DNA of 64,000 nucleotides from Fimbriimonadales bacterium (GTDB lineage Bacteria; Armatimonadota; Fimbriimonadia; Fimbriimonadales; ATM1): NCBI GenBank assembly GCA_041744215.1, contig JBGTLG010000041.1, positions 177,126 to 241,125 of the forward strand, read 5' to 3'. Shown piece by piece: positions 60,287 to 64,000 of this stretch (position 1 is its first letter; each line of letters starts with the position of its first letter). The notes under the pieces were generated by a model. It saw only the letters and a program-made list of their open reading frames with translations, ran no database searches and was not told where the DNA came from. The position numbers and the translations under genes were made by a program.

Positions 60287-60999
60287 TCGAATTGCTCTCC
60301 CAAGTAGTGCTTTCGCACTTCGGGATCGTTCTTAATCGTGTCGCTATCGCCCTCCTTGATGATTTTTCCAGCTACGAGAATGTAATTGCGATCGGTTATC
60401 CCAAGCGTTGCACCGACGTTATGGTCGGTAATCAGGATTCCGATGCCTCTCGTCTTCAAGCTTAGGATGATTGACTGCAACTCCTCGATGGTTCTGGGAT
60501 CGATGCCGGTGAAGGGTTCATCGAGCAGTATGAACTTCGGTTCACTCGCGAGCGCGCGCGCGATTTCCACGCGTCGTCGTTCGCCGCCAGACAACACACC
60601 TCCGCGGCTTCGCCGGAGGCCTTCCATCCCAAGCTCGGATAGCAGTCGGTCGATCGTCTCTCGCTGCTGCTTGCGCTTGACTCCGCGCAATTCGAGAACG
60701 AGGCGAAGGTTTTCTTCGACGGTCAGACGCCGGAAGATTGACGCTTCTTGCGGCAGATAACCGATCCCCGACCGAGCGCGTTTGTACATCGGCCAGTTAG
60801 TTATCTCAGAGTCATCAAGGAAGACTCTCCCTTGCCCCGGCTTGACGAGCCCGGTGATCATGTAAAACGTTGTCGTTTTTCCCGCACCATTGGGGCCGAG
60901 CAGGCCGACAACTTCTCCGGTCTGCATTTCGATCGACACTCCGTCGACGACGCGGCGCGCACGATACTTTTTGACGAGGTCAGTTGCGCTAATTCTCAT
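60283..60999 (-). CDS. lptB: LPS export ABC ATPase LptB
   Basis: GPNGAGKTT, YLPQEASIFR, LSGGERRRVEIARAL, DEPF, ITDH, YLG. Confidence 0.93.
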   Translation of the reverse strand: MRISATDLVKKYRARRVVDGVSIEMQTGEVVGLLGPNGAGKTTTFYMITGLVKPGQGRVFLDDSEITNWPMYKRARSGIGYLPQEASIFRRLTVEENLRLVLELRGVKRKQQRETIDRLLSELGMEGLRRSRGGVLSGGERRRVEIARALASEPKFILLDEPFTGIDPRTIEELQSIILSLKTRGIGILITDHNVGATLGITDRNYILVAGKIIKEGDSDTIKNDPEVRKHYLGEQFE

Positions 61000-62540
61000 T
61001 GGGAAGCTGATTTGGAAAATGCGATCTTTTGGGGTTGGTAGGTATTGGGCCTGAACGTGATGTCGATTTGTGGCGAGTAGATTGTTCCTGATCCGGAGAT
61101 CATGGCAGGATGACGTCCTTGCAATTCCGAGACACCGAGCAGCGTCATCTTTGAATTGCTTCGATTGTAGTCCAGCGATTCGCACTTGCCTTCGACAGAC
61201 CAGCTTGTGACCGACGCAGTGCGCTGTTCAGGCGGAAGCGGGCCCGACATATTTGCGATTATTCCTCGCTGACACTTGAGCCACAGCAGCACGGTCGCAT
61301 TCTTCCCATTGTCGAGTCCAGGACCGACCTCGCCCTGCATCGCACGCGCAGAGATTGCGATCTTCTCTACGCCGTCCACCCGCGGCTGACGGAGCTGGAA
61401 CGGTGCACCCGTCGCATCGAATCGAGTGCGATTCTGTTGCGCCCCTCGCGTAAGGGTGATGCTGTCCAAGTTTGTCACCAACACATCCGTGCGCTCGTCT
61501 TCAAAACGGACGTTGCCGCCAGAAGCAGTTATCGCTATCGGGTCGAATGCGCTACGCGATTCAAGGGCAGACTTGTCGAAGCGCACAGTCGCGCTCGGCG
61601 CGGTCAAAGTGCCCGAGAGTGACGGGTGCTTGCTGTTCGCGCGAACACCCCCGCTCAACCGAAGCTCAGCGACTTGGCCGTTGAAAACAGCTGTTGGTGC
61701 GGAAACGTTCGCGGTCCAGGAAGCCCCGCCTTCGGACCCTGTGATTTGCACGTTGACACTTCCGCTGAATGCGCCGGACTTTAACAGATATCGCTCCCCC
61801 ACTCGCGTGGCGGTTGCGTCGAGTGATGTACCGCTCACGGTTAGCCCGTGTTGCCGCCACACCATTTTTACTGGTGACCCTCGCAGCTTAAAGCGGATGT
61901 CGCGGTTATCATTGACGAACTCCATTTCGCCATCGAGCACGCCTGAGATCACAAGGTCGTTGTCGGACGACCGAAACCACACGTCGTCGCCTTGGATTGA
62001 AATGGTTTTTAACGTTGCGCTTTCGCCTGGCCGGCCGACCTGAGTGAAAAGCGCTTTTGCCGAGTTTGCTCGGTCGATGCGCATGCCGTTCGTGATCCCG
62101 CTCACGCCGCCAACGGCGTGAAGCTCTCCCTCTCGTGTTGTGTTCGATACTGCGTTCGCACTCAGCGAAGTGCGGCCGTCTGCTGACTTTGCCTTGACGT
62201 CTCCCTCTAACCGGTACGACTGCTCAGCTTCGTTCGCTTGCCCTTTGTTTGCCATAACCGTTGCATAAGGCACGTTTCCTTGAAATAGCGTTAGCTTGAC
62301 GTTCTCGAGGCCGCCGACGAACTCACCGGTTCGCAACTCTGCATCCGCTTTTGCGGCTTCCACCTGCCATCTCCGTTCGCCGCTCTCGGCATGAGATGTG
62401 ATAGAGACTCCGCCGGCGACAATTCCGATTGAGGTTTCGTCCGCTGGATCCACTTGATCCGATGCGACGTTTTCTTTTGGCGCGCGTGACACGCAACCGA
62501 TCGCCAAAATCGCGATTAGGATTGGGAGGGTGCGGAACAC
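60996..62540 (-). CDS. Extended LptC/LptA-like lipoprotein
   Basis: GGAGG RBS, GTG start, AIGC lipobox; LptC-like RWQVEA..A, LEGDVKA, LSGGVRA beta-jellyroll repeats; upstream of lptB. Confidence 0.65.
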   Translation of the reverse strand: MFRTLPILIAILAIGCVSRAPKENVASDQVDPADETSIGIVAGGVSITSHAESGERRWQVEAAKADAELRTGEFVGGLENVKLTLFQGNVPYATVMANKGQANEAEQSYRLEGDVKAKSADGRTSLSANAVSNTTREGELHAVGGVSGITNGMRIDRANSAKALFTQVGRPGESATLKTISIQGDDVWFRSSDNDLVISGVLDGEMEFVNDNRDIRFKLRGSPVKMVWRQHGLTVSGTSLDATATRVGERYLLKSGAFSGSVNVQITGSEGGASWTANVSAPTAVFNGQVAELRLSGGVRANSKHPSLSGTLTAPSATVRFDKSALESRSAFDPIAITASGGNVRFEDERTDVLVTNLDSITLTRGAQQNRTRFDATGAPFQLRQPRVDGVEKIAISARAMQGEVGPGLDNGKNATVLLWLKCQRGIIANMSGPLPPEQRTASVTSWSVEGKCESLDYNRSNSKMTLLGVSELQGRHPAMISGSGTIYSPQIDITFRPNTYQPQKIAFSKSASQ

Positions 62541-63589
62541 AACGACCTCCGTTTCGCGAATTGTCCGGCATGTTGCCCGGCCAGTTGGCCGCAAGCTGCC
62601 GCTATGTCGTGACCGCGCTCCATGCGTTGCGACACATTAACGCCCGCCCCTTCGAGGATCGAGCGAAAGTGGCGAACTCGGTTCCGACTTGGTCGCCGAA
62701 AGCCTTGTTCCGTATCTACATAATTGAAAGGTATTAGGTTCACAAGACAGGGTAGCCCTTTGATCAGTTTGGCCAGTGCCACAGCCTGGTCCTCAGTATC
62801 TGTTACTTCATCGATCAGTAAGTATTCAAACGTTATCTTTCGGCCACTTGACGCAACGAATGCCCTGCAGGCAGAGATCAGCTCGGCGATTGGCCAGCGG
62901 CGATTCACCGGTATGAGCTTGCTTCGAACCGTATCGAGGGGCGAGTGCAGGGAGACTGCGAGGTGGATGGGCAGCCCCGCTTCGGCAAGACGATGCATTT
63001 CCGGCACGATGCCCACGGTCGAAACGGTGAGGCGGCGGTAGCCGATTCCGACCTCATCATGGAACAGCCGGAGGGAAGCCAGCACCGAATCGTAGTTGTG
63101 AAGCGGCTCACCCATGCCCATGTAGACCACGTGGGAAATGCGGCGTGTCGTGAGGGTCTGCAAGAGGAGGTACTGACCGACTATCTCCCCTGGAGTGAGG
63201 TTCCGGTCGAAGCCTCCAAGCCCGGTGGCGCAAAATCGGCAGCCGAGCGCGCACCCCACCTGAGAGCTGATGCAGCAGCTGACCCGAGAGGTGTAAGGCA
63301 GGAGTACACACTCGAAGCCCTGGCCGTCGCCTCCGTGGACGAGCAGCTTCTGAACACCGTCCACCGACTCCTGCTTCCGTAGGATCTGCAGGGGTCCAAC
63401 AGCGAACCTGGAGGCCAAGTTTTCCCTTAGTTGGGCGGGAAGATCGGACATCTCCTCAAACGTGGTCGCCGCTTTCTGGTACATCCAAGTCGCCAGTTGA
63501 GCGGCTCTTAGGCGCGCCTGGGGCTCACCCTCCAAAAGAAGGGCGAGCTCTTTCCGGCTTCTGCCGAGTAGGATTTCAGGCGCACTCAC
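62516..63589 (-). CDS. rlmN: 23S rRNA (A2503-C2)-methyltransferase RlmN
   Basis: CISSQVGCALGCRFC, MGMGEP, SLH, DIAAACGQL. Confidence 0.95.
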   Translation of the reverse strand: MSAPEILLGRSRKELALLLEGEPQARLRAAQLATWMYQKAATTFEEMSDLPAQLRENLASRFAVGPLQILRKQESVDGVQKLLVHGGDGQGFECVLLPYTSRVSCCISSQVGCALGCRFCATGLGGFDRNLTPGEIVGQYLLLQTLTTRRISHVVYMGMGEPLHNYDSVLASLRLFHDEVGIGYRRLTVSTVGIVPEMHRLAEAGLPIHLAVSLHSPLDTVRSKLIPVNRRWPIAELISACRAFVASSGRKITFEYLLIDEVTDTEDQAVALAKLIKGLPCLVNLIPFNYVDTEQGFRRPSRNRVRHFRSILEGAGVNVSQRMERGHDIAAACGQLAGQHAGQFAKRRSLCSAPSQS

Positions 63590-63626
63590 GGCGGGATTGT
63601 ACTCGCGGGGGGAATTCCCGGCTCTA

Positions 63627-63655
63627 TTGACAGGAGGTTTCCACCGATGTATAAT
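63627..63655 (+). promoter_or_regulatory. Perfect-consensus sigma70 promoter
   Basis: TTGACA-17 nt-TATAAT. Confidence 0.85.
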
Positions 63656-63808
63656 GGGTGCTTCAGGCCATGTGGCCTGGCATCATAGTCTGCTGCCACC
63701 CTATGGTGGCGGGGTTGGAACGTTGAAGGGCAACATTGGATATCTTCAGCAAACCGGACTCCGTCTGCCGGGGAAATTGGTGGCAAGACCCTCAAGGAGG
63801 AGTAAAAA

Positions 63809-64000
63809 ATGAACCGAATGCTGAAAATTGCCTTCGGAGCTGTGCTCGGAACCGCCCTTATGGGTGGCGCCGTGGCGCAAAACTTCCCCGACGCACCTGA
63901 ATACCACTGGGCCTACGAGGCGCTGCTCAACATGAAGAATGAGGGCATCCTCGTCGGGTATCCGGACGGTCTTTTCCGAGGCGGCCGACCTGCCAATCGC
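63809..64000 (+). CDS. SLH-domain envelope protein (partial, N-terminus)
   Basis: AAGGAGG RBS; signal peptide; FPDAPEYHWAYEAL...GILVGYPDGLFRG. Confidence 0.88.
   Translation, partial: MNRMLKIAFGAVLGTALMGGAVAQNFPDAPEYHWAYEALLNMKNEGILVGYPDGLFRGGRPANR

Overview
A 64 kb, fairly GC-rich chromosomal window from a diderm bacterium. The taxon is inferred to be Armatimonadota (Fimbriimonadia-like), from the prepilin/DUF1559/H-X9-DG genes, the SLH envelope protein and the lptC/A-lptB-lptF/G-DUF3084-ruvX cluster. Most of it is core genome: recF-dciA-comEC, valS, atpDC, a copper-resistance cluster, moxR, hslV, amidase-GerMN, sod, rlmN and the Lpt genes. It also carries tRNA-Thr(TGT), tRNA-Val(CAC) and RNase P RNA. 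I saw no CRISPR array, integrase or transposase. Best leads: (1) a self-contained operon at 36.2-39.8 kb pairing a VKOR-DsbA disulfide-forming fusion (split by two compensating homopolymer frameshifts) with a secreted six-cysteine defensin-spaced peptide and a large exported protein; (2) a Cyc2-like cytochrome-porin converging on a heme-c-fused PHM-like copper monooxygenase; (3) a DnaA-box cluster before recF with no dnaA in the window (candidate oriC); (4) a ~150-nt structured RNA candidate after sod; (5) a MerR-like regulator plus a vWA/T2SSE_N fusion sharing an operator repeat; (6) four paralogous exported beta-proteins co-oriented with a SecDF-head protein, MoxR and a foldase. All product calls come from motif recognition by eye; no searches were run.
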